A stretch of 64,000 nt of DNA from an uncultured delta proteobacterium (GTDB taxonomy: Bacteria > Myxococcota > B64-G9), in contig CAVWHX010000003.1 in the NCBI GenBank assembly GCA_963754925.1, forward strand, positions 320,001-384,000, read 5' to 3'. This document shows positions 30,539 to 41,736 of the stretch, one piece after another. The notes below the pieces were generated by a model. That model searched no databases. It saw only the letters and a program-made list of their open reading frames with translations, and was not told the origin of the DNA. The stretch's first letter is position 1, and each line of letters starts with the position of its first letter. The translations under genes were made by a program, and so were the position numbers.

Positions 30539-31393
30539 TTAGCCTTCGTAGGTATAAAAACCCCGACCGGTCTTTCGGCCAAGGAAGCCTGCGTCCACGT
30601 ATTGGCGTAGCAGTGGACAGGGACGATATTTACTATCCCCCAGTCCGCGGTGAAGAACTTCCAAGATCGAGAGGCAGGTATCAAGCCCGATCAGGTCGGC
30701 AAGTTGCAGTGGTCCCATGGGCTGATTGGTGCCGAGCTTCATGCCTGCATCGATATCTTCCGTGGTGCCAACATGTTCATACAGCGCGAAGATTGCCTCG
30801 TTGATCATCGGCATCAGGATCCGATTGACGATGAACCCCGGAACGTCGCGGGAGAAGACGCAGGTCTTACCCATGCGTTGGGCAACGTCGAGGGTAATCC
30901 GCTTCGTTGACTCTGAGGTGGCAAGCCCCAAAATGATCTCAACTAGTTTCATGACTGGCACCGGGTTCATAAAGTGCATCCCGATAACCTTATCCGGCCG
31001 CCGCGTAGCCGCTGCAATGCGTGTTATCGGAATCGACGAAGTGTTGGTAGCCAGGATTGTTTCCTGAGAAAGCATGCGGTCCAATGAGCGGAAGAGATCG
31101 AGCTTCAATGATTCTCGCTCGGTAGCGGCCTCGATAATTAATTTTACCGCTGAGAGATCCTCAAGACGCAGCGCCGGGTGAATTCGCTTCATCACGGTCG
31201 CTACTGATTCGGCGGTTATTTTTCCCTTAGACACCGATCTATCGAATCCTGCCTGAATACGGCCGATTCCCTTCGTAATCAGATCTTCGCTTATATCATT
31301 TACCCAAACGTCAATTCCGGCCGAAGCAGCCACCTGGGCGATGCCTTGACCCATTTGCCCTGCACCGATGACACCAATCTCATTGATCTCCAT
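30539..31393 (-). CDS. hbd: 3-hydroxybutyryl-CoA dehydrogenase
   Basis: [37 protein letters not shown]; start ATG 31393 after GGAGGG. Confidence 0.93.
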   Translation of the reverse strand: MEINEIGVIGAGQMGQGIAQVAASAGIDVWVNDISEDLITKGIGRIQAGFDRSVSKGKITAESVATVMKRIHPALRLEDLSAVKLIIEAATERESLKLDLFRSLDRMLSQETILATNTSSIPITRIAAATRRPDKVIGMHFMNPVPVMKLVEIILGLATSESTKRITLDVAQRMGKTCVFSRDVPGFIVNRILMPMINEAIFALYEHVGTTEDIDAGMKLGTNQPMGPLQLADLIGLDTCLSILEVLHRGLGDSKYRPCPLLRQYVDAGFLGRKTGRGFYTYEG

Positions 31394-31482
31394 GAATTTT
31401 CCCTCCACCATCTCTTTGGTCATTCTCTGTTCCTGGGTCAAGGGCAGTTCCACGAGAGCGCTCCTTGTTCGGAAAATCCCGT

Positions 31483-32667
31483 TCAAACGTTTTCAACTAT
31501 CATGGTCACGGCTTCGGCGCCCCCCAGGCAGAGCGATGCCTGGCCGAGGCTCGCGTTTCTGCGTTTCATCTCATGGATCAATGTCGTCAGCACTCTCGCT
31601 CCGGATGCGCCGATGGGATGGCCGAGGGCAATGGCTCCACCGTTGACATTGACCTTGTCGCTATCGAGGTTCAGCACTCGCATAACGCCCACGGAAGAGC
31701 CCGCAAACGCCTCGTTTACCTCATGCAAATCGATTTTCTTAATATCAATACCGGCCTTGCCGGCAACCTTGGGAATGGAATTGATCGGGGCCATAAGCAC
31801 GTATTTGAGCTCGATTCCGGCCGAACCCGACGCCACTATTTTCACCAGCGGTTTGATCCCTCGGTCGCGCGCTGCAGTATAACTCATCACCACCGTTGCC
31901 GACGCCCCGTCGCTTATGACCGACGAATTTGCGGCCGTCGCATACCCTTCTTTTTGAAACGCCGGTTTCAATTTTGAAAGAACTTCGAGTGACGTGCTTC
32001 TCGGACATTCATCGGTATCGAACATCCGGCTGCCTTTTTTATCTTGTACGGCGACCGGAACAATCTCCTGCTTGAACGTGCCAGCGGCAATCGATCGGAG
32101 GGCTTTTTCGTATGAATGGAGGGCAAATGAATCCTGATCCGCGCGGCTTATGCCCCATTTCTCGGATATGAGATCGTTGCTGATTCCCATGTGGAAATCG
32201 TTGACCACATCCCATAGGCCGTCATGCACCATGTGATCCAGTATTTTGGTATCGCCCATGCGGGCTCCCCAGCGTACGGCCGGCAGGTAAAAAGGGGCCA
32301 GGCTCATATTCTCCATCCCTCCCGCAACCGCGATATCACTATAGCCGGATCTGATTAATTCAGAGGCCAGCACAACGGCCATGAGACCTGATCCGCAGAC
32401 CTTATTGATCGTAAGCCCGCCCGCTTCCATAGGAATATTTGCTTTCATGGCCGCCTGCCTCCCCGGATTCTGGCCGTAGCCGCAGGGAAGCACCATGCCC
32501 ATGATCACTTCCTGCACATCGCTTTTATCAATCGAGGCCCGGGAAACGGCCTCTTCTATGACCAGGGCGCCCAGATCGGTGGCACCGATTTTCGATAGAC
32601 TTCCGCCAAAAGAACCAATCGGCGTTCTTACGGCGCTGACGATAACAACATCGCTATCTTTTAACAT
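31483..32667 (-). CDS. Acetyl-CoA acetyltransferase (thiolase)
   Basis: NKVCGSG, NEAFA, GGAIALGHPIGASG and CLGG motifs; start ATG 32667. Confidence 0.95.
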   Translation of the reverse strand: MLKDSDVVIVSAVRTPIGSFGGSLSKIGATDLGALVIEEAVSRASIDKSDVQEVIMGMVLPCGYGQNPGRQAAMKANIPMEAGGLTINKVCGSGLMAVVLASELIRSGYSDIAVAGGMENMSLAPFYLPAVRWGARMGDTKILDHMVHDGLWDVVNDFHMGISNDLISEKWGISRADQDSFALHSYEKALRSIAAGTFKQEIVPVAVQDKKGSRMFDTDECPRSTSLEVLSKLKPAFQKEGYATAANSSVISDGASATVVMSYTAARDRGIKPLVKIVASGSAGIELKYVLMAPINSIPKVAGKAGIDIKKIDLHEVNEAFAGSSVGVMRVLNLDSDKVNVNGGAIALGHPIGASGARVLTTLIHEMKRRNASLGQASLCLGGAEAVTMIVENV

Positions 32668-32698
32668 GGCTTCCTCTTCTCGTTTTAGCCCCTTATGG

Positions 32699-34594
32699 TC
32701 ACTTTTTGCAGTATCCCAAGGTCTTAGCCGCATCTTCGATCTCTTCGAGGGTCGCCGGATCCTCGATGGTGGATGGTATAGTGAAATCCTGACCGTCGGC
32801 GATCTTCCGCATGCTGGCTCGAAGAATCTTTCCGGATCGGGTCTTCGGCAGGCGCTTAACGATCACGGCTTGTTTAAACGCCGCCACCGCGCCGATCTGA
32901 TCCCGTATCATGTTAACCAATTCCTTTATAATGGCAGCGTCTTCTTGCTTTACCCCTTCCTTCAGCACCACAAATCCCAGGGGAAGCTGGCCCTTGAAGT
33001 CATCGGCGGCTCCGACAACCGCGCATTCCGCCACAGCGGGATGCTTGGAGATAACCTCCTCCATAGAACCGGTGGAAAGACGGTGCCCGGCCACGTTGAT
33101 GACGTCGTCTACCCGGCCCATGATATAGAGGTAGCCGTCCTTATCGACATAACCCCCGTCACCGGTAAAGTAGTATCCCGGAAACGGATCGGTATAGGCT
33201 TCCGTGTACTTTTCATCATTCTGCCATAGCGTCGGCAGGGTGCCGGGCGGCAAGGGTAGCCGGATGGCGACCAGTCCCTCGGTCTCAGGAGGAAGTTTCT
33301 TCCCCTGGCTGTCTATCATTTCGACTTGGAATCCGGGGACTGCTTTGGTCGGAGAGCCCGCCTTGATGGGCAGCTGCTCGAGTCCCATGCAATTTGCCGC
33401 AATCGCCCAGCCGGTCTCCGTTTGCCACCAGTGGTCCACGACCGGTTTTTTGAGAATGTCCGACGCCCAGTAATACGTATCCGGATCAAGACGCTCGCCG
33501 GCGAGAAACAGATACCTGAATTTCGACAGATCGTATTTCTTGAAATGTTCTCCGGTGGGGTCTTCTTTCTTGATGGCTCGAAACGCAGTGGGCGCGGTGA
33601 AAAGCACTTTGACATCATGTTGCGCGATGACCCGCCAGAAGGCGCCGGGGTCGGGCGTTCCGACCGGCTTGCCCTCAAAAATAATGGTAGTGCAGCCGTA
33701 GAGCAGCGGGGCGTAGATGATATACGAGTGGCCGACCACCCATCCCACGTCCGAGGCGGCCCAGAAGACCTCTCCCGGATTCATCCCGTAGATATACTTC
33801 ATGCTCCATTTCAGCGCCACGGCGTGCCCGCCGTTGTCCCGCACTACGCCCTTGGGCAATCCAGTCGTGCCGGAGGTGTACAGAATATAGAGGGGATCCG
33901 TTGCTTTCACCATTACGCAATCGGCCGGGACGGCGTTCGTCACGGCTTCCGTCCAGTCTATGTCCCGGCCGACTTTGAGTGCCGCCTTTACCTGCTCGCG
34001 CTGGAAGATAATGCAGTGCGTTGGTTTGTGTTTCGCGATATCGATGGCACGGTCGAGCAGCGGCTTATAATCGATGACCTTCTTCCCTTCAATCCCGCAC
34101 GAGGCCGAGACGATGATTTTGGGTTTTGCATCGTCGATCCTGACGGCGAGCTCGTTGGGCGCAAAGCCTCCGAACACCATGGAATGTATGGCGCCGATCC
34201 TCGCGCACGCGTACATGGCGACCGCGGCCTGCGGTATCATCGGCATATAGATGATGACTCGATCGCCCTTTTCGACGCCGCAAGCCCTCAACGCCCCGGC
34301 GAATCGCGCCACCTCATCCCTCAATTCGCGATAGCTGATCTTACTGATTGTTCCTGTGACCGGACTATCATAGATGATGGCGGTTTGATCTCCCCGGCCC
34401 TGCTCGATATGATAATCAATGGCATTGTAACAGGTATTGAGCTCGCCATCGACAAACCAGCGATAAAACGGTTTTCGTGAATCATCCAATACCTTCGTGT
34501 ATTTCTTGCTCCAGATGACATCCTGCGCCGCCCGATCCCAGAAATGATCCGGAGTATTAATCGATTCATCGTACGCTTTTTGATAGGCGCCCAC
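32699..34594 (-). CDS. prpE: Propionyl-CoA/acetyl-CoA synthetase, copy 2
   Basis: Near-identical protein to 4825-6729; GTG start with a homologous RBS region. Confidence 0.9.
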   Translation of the reverse strand: MGAYQKAYDESINTPDHFWDRAAQDVIWSKKYTKVLDDSRKPFYRWFVDGELNTCYNAIDYHIEQGRGDQTAIIYDSPVTGTISKISYRELRDEVARFAGALRACGVEKGDRVIIYMPMIPQAAVAMYACARIGAIHSMVFGGFAPNELAVRIDDAKPKIIVSASCGIEGKKVIDYKPLLDRAIDIAKHKPTHCIIFQREQVKAALKVGRDIDWTEAVTNAVPADCVMVKATDPLYILYTSGTTGLPKGVVRDNGGHAVALKWSMKYIYGMNPGEVFWAASDVGWVVGHSYIIYAPLLYGCTTIIFEGKPVGTPDPGAFWRVIAQHDVKVLFTAPTAFRAIKKEDPTGEHFKKYDLSKFRYLFLAGERLDPDTYYWASDILKKPVVDHWWQTETGWAIAANCMGLEQLPIKAGSPTKAVPGFQVEMIDSQGKKLPPETEGLVAIRLPLPPGTLPTLWQNDEKYTEAYTDPFPGYYFTGDGGYVDKDGYLYIMGRVDDVINVAGHRLSTGSMEEVISKHPAVAECAVVGAADDFKGQLPLGFVVLKEGVKQEDAAIIKELVNMIRDQIGAVAAFKQAVIVKRLPKTRSGKILRASMRKIADGQDFTIPSTIEDPATLEEIEDAAKTLGYCKK

Positions 34595-34765
34595 CGGTGT
34601 CCTCCTTATTATGTTGTCATGTTGAACAATCGTTTATTCTTTTGTTTTCTTTTTCATTCAAGCACAACCCTGAATTTGTACTTGTTCTCCACGAAGTGCG
34701 TCCAGACGATCTTGCAGTTCGGCCTGGTGAAATTGGTGCGCCTGGTGCCATAAAACAGCATCCTT

Positions 34766-35569
34766 TCACCCGATCAATCGGTTGTTGCGCTCGACGGCCT
34801 GCCCTATTTTGCGTTCCAACTCATTGGTGATTCGGGGGGCGTTGTCATTGCTGAGGCCGGCGGTTTCAAGCACCTCGACTACTTCAACGATCAGGTAGGA
34901 GGGTCTCTTTTGCCACCTGTTTTTCGGCATGGCCTTGAAGGTTCCGCTGATGGCGATGATGACCAAGGGGATCTGCGCTTCGATTGCGCTGTAGATGGGC
35001 GTTTTTTTGAATGTATGAACCGATCCGTCCCGGGTGCGGGTGCCTTCCGGAAACGAAAGAAACCAGAGGCTATGATGCTGGAGGTGGTGCATGCTCCTGC
35101 CGATCCCGGCGACGGCATTCCGGCCCTTGCGGCGATCGATGAAAATATCGCGGCGGGCAAGCTGGGCGATGTTGAGAAGCGGCACCCAAAGCAGTTCAAT
35201 CTTGGTGACGAACCTGATCACATTGGGCAGCAAAGCCATAAGCAGGGGGATATCAAGCCAGGAAGCATGGTTGCTGATAATCTGCGCTGACCGGCCCCGG
35301 TAAGGCCTAAGCTTTTCAGAGCCTTTAAAAGTCACCCGGTGAAACCCGGATCGGACCAGAGGCTTGGCCCAGATGTTCACTTCCATCCAGTCGGTGACTG
35401 GCCGCAACGGCCGACGAAGCGGCGACAGCAATTCCAGCGATAAAAGAAAAATGTATGACGGCATCGCGGCCACGGAAATCGCACACCATGCGAACCACCA
35501 CCAGGCGTAAAAACCCACCTCTCTGATAGTTCGTAATAACGCAACGAGCATGGCGCTTTTTTGCCCCAT
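34766..35569 (-). CDS. 1-acyl-sn-glycerol-3-phosphate acyltransferase (PlsC family)
   Basis: NHASWLD, FIDR and FPEGTRT motifs. Confidence 0.88.
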   Translation of the reverse strand: MGQKSAMLVALLRTIREVGFYAWWWFAWCAISVAAMPSYIFLLSLELLSPLRRPLRPVTDWMEVNIWAKPLVRSGFHRVTFKGSEKLRPYRGRSAQIISNHASWLDIPLLMALLPNVIRFVTKIELLWVPLLNIAQLARRDIFIDRRKGRNAVAGIGRSMHHLQHHSLWFLSFPEGTRTRDGSVHTFKKTPIYSAIEAQIPLVIIAISGTFKAMPKNRWQKRPSYLIVEVVEVLETAGLSNDNAPRITNELERKIGQAVERNNRLIG

Positions 35570-35599
35570 TAGTTTTGAAACCAGCTCGATTTATTAGTA

Positions 35600-35689
35600 C
35601 TATTTTCTGCCATATCCAAGTGTTTTGACAGCCTCTTCGATTTCACCCAGGCTCGCCGGATCGTCGATGGTGGATGGTGAAGTGAACTC
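35600..35689 (-). pseudogene. 3'-terminal relic of a third PrpE-like gene
   Basis: Encodes EFTSPSTIDDPASLGEIEEAVKTLGYGRK*, matching the last ~29 codons of both full copies. Confidence 0.85.
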
Positions 35690-35727
35690 CCTCATCCAAA
35701 CGTTGCATTTGCAGAGGCAAACACACA

Positions 35728-36918
35728 TTATATGGCCAGGTTTTCCCAGACGACGGCGATACCTAATCCCGTTCCAATACAGGCGCTGCTGATTCCGTAT
35801 TTGCATTTTCTGCGAATCATTTCTTTCAGGAGAGTAATGCTGATCCGGGTCCCCGTGTTGCCCAAAGCATGTCCCAAGGCGATGGCACCGCCATTCACGT
35901 TGACTATGTTGTGGTCCAGACCCAGTTCCTTTTCGCAGGCAATAACCTGAGCGGCAAACGCTTCGTTGATCTCAATTAGACCCATATCGCCCAAATTCAA
36001 GTTAGCTCTTTTTAATGAGGCCTTTATAGCGGGAGCAGGACCGATGCCAAAGATGTGCATCTCGACACCCGCCGAGGCATATCCCCTGATCTTGGCGATG
36101 GGCTTCATATTGAGTTCCTGAGCCTTCTTCTCGCTCATAAGCACCATCAGGGAAGCCCCGTCATTGATCCCACAGGCATTCCCCGCCGTGACCGTCCCTC
36201 CCGGAATAATAGGGGACAACTTGGCGAGTCCTTCCACTGTGGTTTCTGCGCGGGGGTGCTCATCCGTATCAATGATTTTTGTTTCCTTCTTGCTGACCTT
36301 CACCTCAATGGGAATGATCTCTTCTTTGAACTTACCTTCCCTGATCGCCGATACAGCCCTCTGCTGGCTCGTGTAGGCAAAAAGGTCCTGATCCGCCCGT
36401 GTGATATCGTACATTTTGGACAGATTTTCCGCTGTTTGCGCTGCTGGCCTTTTTTGCGGATCAGGATTATCCGCCAATACCTGCATAAGAGTATCTACCA
36501 GGATGTCGTCTCCCATGCGGTACCCGAACCTGGCTTTATTCAGAGCGAATCGATACTGGGACATGTTTTCCACGCCACCGGCCAAAACTACCTCATTACG
36601 TCCGACCAATATTGAATCCGCTGCATTATGCAAAGCCTTCAGACCGGACCCGCACAGTTTGTTGATGCCGTATCCGACTACCGAGACCGGCAACCCTGCC
36701 AGCTGACCCGCCCAGCGAGCCAGACACGAATCATTACTTCGGTTCTCCACATTACCCAGGATAACTTCGTTGATCTCCGCCGAATTGAAATTTACCTTCT
36801 TCATAATCGAAGAAATGATAAAGGTGGCCAGTTCGATGGATGGCACATTGGCAAGTCCACCTCCCATTCTTCCCACCGCCGTTCTACCCATTTCCACCAC
36901 AACTACATCGTTAGACAT
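35728..36918 (-). CDS. Thiolase
   Basis: NKLCGSG, NEAFA, GGAIALGHALG and CIGTG motifs. Confidence 0.94.
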   Translation of the reverse strand: MSNDVVVVEMGRTAVGRMGGGLANVPSIELATFIISSIMKKVNFNSAEINEVILGNVENRSNDSCLARWAGQLAGLPVSVVGYGINKLCGSGLKALHNAADSILVGRNEVVLAGGVENMSQYRFALNKARFGYRMGDDILVDTLMQVLADNPDPQKRPAAQTAENLSKMYDITRADQDLFAYTSQQRAVSAIREGKFKEEIIPIEVKVSKKETKIIDTDEHPRAETTVEGLAKLSPIIPGGTVTAGNACGINDGASLMVLMSEKKAQELNMKPIAKIRGYASAGVEMHIFGIGPAPAIKASLKRANLNLGDMGLIEINEAFAAQVIACEKELGLDHNIVNVNGGAIALGHALGNTGTRISITLLKEMIRRKCKYGISSACIGTGLGIAVVWENLAI

Positions 36919-36988
36919 TTAATGAAACCTCCTTTAATTTATTATTGATATTTATATGCCGGCCAAAAATTTTTAATACGATTGCCTC

Positions 36989-38455
36989 TTATTTAATATT
37001 CAAGTCTTCATGAATTCCCGCGATCTTTCTGGCCAGCTTCTCTTTCATGCTCACATTGCTATAGCGGGAAATCATCACTTTCTGTGCCTGCGGGGAACCG
37101 GCTCCGTGAATCGACTCCGTAAAGAACGCTACGGCTCCTGTTCCCATCGTGATGTTCTCAATCAGCCGAATGCAGCGAACCCTGTCCTCCCAAGAAACAT
37201 CCGCCGCACCTTTCAAATACTTCTTCATGAGTTTACCGACATCACCAGGTATCTCAAAATCCTTCTCCGAGGGAGTTGTCCCAATAACCGCCCCCGCCAG
37301 ATCCTGAGCTAGACGCGAAATCTCCGCAGGGAATCTGGTAATATTGAGTTTACAGACATTGGCCAATAACCCGTTAACAAGATAGCCTCCGGAACGGTGA
37401 CGGCTTCCTTCGGATTGAGCGGCAAGCGCACACGCATGGCATGTTTCGGCGAGGTGAACCATTTCAGTCAGCTTGTCCTTGACATGGGAGGCTTTGGCCG
37501 TACCGTTGTATTCCGTCATCAACGATGCGGCACCGATCAAGACATCGGCAACGCCGACCTTACAGCCTCCATAGCTGGTACGGTGATAATTGGCGAATAT
37601 TTCAACAAGCCGCCCCGAATATTTTGTCTCGCCGCACATGAAAACATTTTCCCAGGGGACGAAAACATTATCAAAAATTATATATGCCTCTTGTCCTCCA
37701 AAATTGAGGTTTCCAACATCAATGGTGCCGCCCTCTATTTTCCGCGTGTCACAGGACTGGCGGCCGTAAACATAGGTGATCCCCTTCGTGTTAGATGGTG
37801 TAACAAAAGCAATAGCATAATCCTTATCTGCTTCTTTCATAGTCGTGGTGGGAACCACCGCTATCCAATGAGAATTGGTAGCGCCGGTTTGGTGGGCTTT
37901 GCAACCCCGCACGATAACGCCCTTGGCGTCTTTCTTGACGACATGTAGATACATGTCCGGATCCGCCTGCTGGCTCGGAGGCAGGGAGCGATCTCCCTTC
38001 GCATCGGTCATCGCTGCATCGCAGACCAGATCCTCTTCCTGTATGATCTTCAAAAAATTCAGAAATCTCTGGTGATATTCCGTTTTCAGATCCGCATCCA
38101 TTTCATAGGTTATCGCATTAAGGGAATTCATCACATCAAGACCCGCACAACGCTGGAAACAGGATGCCGTCTTCTGTCCCATCAGGCGGAGGAGTTTCAC
38201 TTTCTTCGTCAAGTCTTCCGTACTTTGATGGATATGACAGAACCGGTTAATTTTTTTGCCCGTGACATGCGATGTGGCTGTTGCCAGATCCTCATAGTGC
38301 GGGTCATAGGCAAGATCGTAGGTAACTCCCACGCAATTGATGGAAGGCCAAATCATGGGATGATCCACGTTCTTAACCCGCTCCCCCATGATATAAACGG
38401 GCAGATTCAACTGTCTGATACTATCAAAATATTCTTCCTTCGTTTTCAACGGCAT
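36989..38455 (-). CDS. abfD: 4-hydroxybutyryl-CoA dehydratase
   Basis: CFQRC and HRTSYGGCK Fe-S ligands; AMTDAKGDRS; HGAGSPQAQ. Confidence 0.9.
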   Translation of the reverse strand: MPLKTKEEYFDSIRQLNLPVYIMGERVKNVDHPMIWPSINCVGVTYDLAYDPHYEDLATATSHVTGKKINRFCHIHQSTEDLTKKVKLLRLMGQKTASCFQRCAGLDVMNSLNAITYEMDADLKTEYHQRFLNFLKIIQEEDLVCDAAMTDAKGDRSLPPSQQADPDMYLHVVKKDAKGVIVRGCKAHQTGATNSHWIAVVPTTTMKEADKDYAIAFVTPSNTKGITYVYGRQSCDTRKIEGGTIDVGNLNFGGQEAYIIFDNVFVPWENVFMCGETKYSGRLVEIFANYHRTSYGGCKVGVADVLIGAASLMTEYNGTAKASHVKDKLTEMVHLAETCHACALAAQSEGSRHRSGGYLVNGLLANVCKLNITRFPAEISRLAQDLAGAVIGTTPSEKDFEIPGDVGKLMKKYLKGAADVSWEDRVRCIRLIENITMGTGAVAFFTESIHGAGSPQAQKVMISRYSNVSMKEKLARKIAGIHEDLNIK

Positions 38456-38507
38456 GACCTCTCTCCTACTTGTTTAATGGTCTTGAATATCCGCTGAAAT
38501 GTACAAA

Positions 38508-39380
38508 CTACTTTTTCGTATAATCGTATACACCTTTTCCTGTTTTGCGGCCGTAATGGCCTGCCCTCACCAGTTTGACTAAGAGAGGTGCCGGCCTGTA
38601 TTTGTCGCCAAGTTCTGCATGAAAGGTCTCCATCACATGGAGAAGGGTTTCAAGACCCACAAGGTCTGCAAGAGCCAACGGTCCGATGGGGTGATTTAAT
38701 CCGAAAACAACGCCTTTATCGATGTCTTCCGCACTGGCAACCCCTTCACCCAGTGCGAAAAAAGCTTCGTTCAGCATCGGTGAAGTTATCCGGTTAACGG
38801 CGAATCCAGCCGAGTCATTTACCATAATGACTTCCTTTCCCAACTTCTTGCCCCAGGCCTTGGCAATTTCCTGCGTCTCTTCCGATGTTTCATATCCTTT
38901 GACAAGCTCCAGGAGTTTCATGACAGGCACCGGATTAAAAAAATGTGCACCGATGAATCTATCTGGTCTGTCCGTCGCTGCTGCCATCGCCGTGACGCTC
39001 AAGCTGGATGTATTGCTGAAAATAAGGGCATCAGGTTTTACCATTCCCTTCAGTTCCTGATAGACTTTTTTCTTGACATCCATGACTTCAATCACGGCTT
39101 CCATAATGATGTCTGCATCTTTTGCGGCTTCCTTGAGATCAAGCGTTGGTTTTATTCTGCCCTGAATTGCATCTGCGTCTCCCTGGGTTCGCTTTCCCTT
39201 TGCAACATCGCGGCTCAGATTTTTCTTGATCGTATCCATCCCCTTATCGAGGAACATCTTTTCGATATCCCGCAGGCTGACTTCATAGCCCGCCTGAGCA
39301 CAAACCTGAGCAATACCGTTACCCATTAATCCCGCACCCAACACGCATATCTTCTTAATCTCCACGTCTGGCCTCCTCAT
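38508..39380 (-). CDS. hbd: 3-hydroxybutyryl-CoA dehydrogenase
   Basis: [15 protein letters not shown] and [13 protein letters not shown] motifs. Confidence 0.93.
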   Translation of the reverse strand: MRRPDVEIKKICVLGAGLMGNGIAQVCAQAGYEVSLRDIEKMFLDKGMDTIKKNLSRDVAKGKRTQGDADAIQGRIKPTLDLKEAAKDADIIMEAVIEVMDVKKKVYQELKGMVKPDALIFSNTSSLSVTAMAAATDRPDRFIGAHFFNPVPVMKLLELVKGYETSEETQEIAKAWGKKLGKEVIMVNDSAGFAVNRITSPMLNEAFFALGEGVASAEDIDKGVVFGLNHPIGPLALADLVGLETLLHVMETFHAELGDKYRPAPLLVKLVRAGHYGRKTGKGVYDYTKK

Positions 39381-39429
39381 TTTTCTAAGATTTTTTTATT
39401 TCAAATGCTCACCCAAGAGAAAAATAACG

Positions 39430-40566
39430 TCATTTCAGTATGTGATTGGAGATGACGACCCTCTGGATCTGATTCGTGCCTTCATAAATCTGCATAACTT
39501 TTGCGTCACGCATTAACTTTTCCACCGTATACTCCCTGAGATAGCCATAGCCGCCGAGAATCTGCACGGCGTTTGTCGTGACCCGCATCGCCACATCCGA
39601 GGCGAAACATTTTGCGTAGGAAGCAACATGGCTGAAGGGCAGGCCGTTCATGGCCAACCAGCAGGCCTTGTACGTCAGTAATCTTGCCGCCTCGATTTCC
39701 ATGGCCATATCGGCCAGCATGAAACGGATGGACTGATAATTGGAGATGGTTTGTCCGAAGGCGGATCTCTCTTTCGAGTAGTTAACGGCGATATCAAAGG
39801 CCCTCTGGGCGACCCCGACGCCTTCCGCCGCCACGGAGGGCCGGGAAAGATCCAGGGCCTTCATGCAGATATTAAAACCTTCGCCTTCCTCTCCCAGGCG
39901 ATTCGCAACCGGCACGGCCACCTCTTCAAAAATGACCTGCCGTGTATCGGATGTGTGCACGCCCATCTTCTTCTCTGCCGGCCCAACAGAGATGCCTGGC
40001 GTATGCCGATCGACGATGAAACCGATGATGCCTTTGTAACGCTGGTTTCTGTCAGTCGTCGCAAAAACGACATACATATCCGCCACGCCGGCGTTCGTAA
40101 TGAACTGCTTGCTCCCATTGAGGATGTAGTAATCCCCTTTTTTCACCGCCGTGGTCGAAAGCGCCGCCACATCCGACCCCGCGCCGGGCTCAGTCAGGCA
40201 GAACGCCGCCAGTTTTCCCCTATTCAGGGCATCGAAAAAGCGCGTTTTCTGGTCTTCGTTCCCGCCGACCAGGACAGGACAGGGAGCCAAAAGACCGCTC
40301 AACGCCATGGTGATGCCTACGCCAAGGTCGCCGTAGCACAACTCCTCCGTCACGATCATCTGACCGATCATATCCACGCCGGGCCCGCCGTATTCCGCGG
40401 GAACGGCGGTGTTCATCAACCCGACCTCATACATTTTTTTTATTATTTCTGCTGGATACTCTTCTTTAGCATCGTACTCGCCGATATAGGGAATGATTTC
40501 CCGCTTGGTAAACTTACGGACCGTCTTTTTCATCTCTTCCTGTTCATCTGTTAAACGAAAATCCAT
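39430..40566 (-). CDS. Acyl-CoA (butyryl-CoA-type) dehydrogenase
   Basis: FCLTEPGAGSD, GSKQFITN, QILGGYGY and RDAKVMQIYEGTNQIQR motifs. Confidence 0.93.
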   Translation of the reverse strand: MDFRLTDEQEEMKKTVRKFTKREIIPYIGEYDAKEEYPAEIIKKMYEVGLMNTAVPAEYGGPGVDMIGQMIVTEELCYGDLGVGITMALSGLLAPCPVLVGGNEDQKTRFFDALNRGKLAAFCLTEPGAGSDVAALSTTAVKKGDYYILNGSKQFITNAGVADMYVVFATTDRNQRYKGIIGFIVDRHTPGISVGPAEKKMGVHTSDTRQVIFEEVAVPVANRLGEEGEGFNICMKALDLSRPSVAAEGVGVAQRAFDIAVNYSKERSAFGQTISNYQSIRFMLADMAMEIEAARLLTYKACWLAMNGLPFSHVASYAKCFASDVAMRVTTNAVQILGGYGYLREYTVEKLMRDAKVMQIYEGTNQIQRVVISNHILK

Positions 40567-40633
40567 TACATCCCTCCGTCATCATACCATGTTGCAAACA
40601 AAACCTTTCCTCTTGCTGCGCAAGACTGCCAAG

Positions 40634-41398
40634 TTACTCACCGGTAAAGTTCGGTTTTCTTTTTTCCGCAAAGGCCCTCATGCCTTCTATCTGATCTTTG
40701 GTTGCATACAACCCCGACCAGGCCAACTTCTCTAATGCCAGCCCCGACTGCAGATCCATGGTGAAGACAGCGTTTATGCATTGCTTTGCAAATTTAATTG
40801 CTATGGGGGGAGCATTGGAGAATTTATCCGCAAGCTCCAACGCCCTCTCGATCGGGTTGTCGGCAATTTCATTAATTAAACCATAGTGAAGCGCCTGATC
40901 CGCTTTCACCAGTTTCCCCTGAAAAATCATCTCTTTTGCGCGGCTGACGCCGATGAGACGAGGCAATCTTTGCGTACCGCCAGCACCGGGGAATATACCC
41001 AAATTAATTTCCGGAAAGCCAACCACAGCGTTTGGTGAGGCAATTCGAATATCGCACACCAGGGCTAGCTCCAAACCGCCGCCCAAGGCATACCCCGACA
41101 TGGCCGCAATGGTAGGAATAGGGAGATTTTCAATCTTCGCATACGTCCCAAGGAAGCAGAACCTTCGCGCCTCCTCAGGACCTATATCCATCATCTCTTT
41201 AATATCTGCTCCGGCGGCAAAGTTCTCCTCACCGCCGATCACGAGAACACGAATAGACGTATCGGCGGAAAGGGACTCCGCAGCCGTATCCAATTCACGG
41301 ATAACCTGAGAATTCAACACGTTTTTAACCTCGGGACGATTAAGCTTAAGAAGCGCTACCTTACCGTTTACCGAAAACTGAATAGTCTCAAAATTCAT
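40634..41398 (-). CDS. Enoyl-CoA hydratase (crotonase)
   Basis: FAAGADI, GYALGGGLEL, PEINLGIFPGAGGTQRL. Confidence 0.93.
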   Translation of the reverse strand: MNFETIQFSVNGKVALLKLNRPEVKNVLNSQVIRELDTAAESLSADTSIRVLVIGGEENFAAGADIKEMMDIGPEEARRFCFLGTYAKIENLPIPTIAAMSGYALGGGLELALVCDIRIASPNAVVGFPEINLGIFPGAGGTQRLPRLIGVSRAKEMIFQGKLVKADQALHYGLINEIADNPIERALELADKFSNAPPIAIKFAKQCINAVFTMDLQSGLALEKLAWSGLYATKDQIEGMRAFAEKRKPNFTGE

Positions 41399-41475
41399 GG
41401 GTGCTCCTCGTTCTTCTTTGAAAATCGCTATGTTGCCACAAAGGTTTGGACCTTGTCAAATTGACGAGTTTAGGT

Positions 41476-41490
41476 GCGAGGATCGTGCCA
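41476..41490 (-). promoter_or_regulatory. Sigma54 -24/-12 promoter of the crotonase-abfD operon
   Basis: Minus strand TGGCACGATCCTCGC (GG-N10-GC), 77 nt upstream of the operon and divergent from a sigma54 activator. Confidence 0.7.
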
Positions 41491-41736
41491 CTTCTCCTGC
41501 AAGAACTTGGTGCAAAGTTTTATCATATTGGTTTTATTTACATAAATCTCTAATAAGGCCAGCAGGATCCGCTGATAAAAAGCCCTAATGACTGACGTTT
41601 TGAACCGATTTAGATTCAAATCATCATATTTGATGCTATTTGTAATCAATCAGCAAATATTGATTCATTTTCGCATCAAAAGATGATACAATGGACTTCA
41701 TAAGTAGAAGGATACAGGCTCAAGGAAGGAAAGGCC

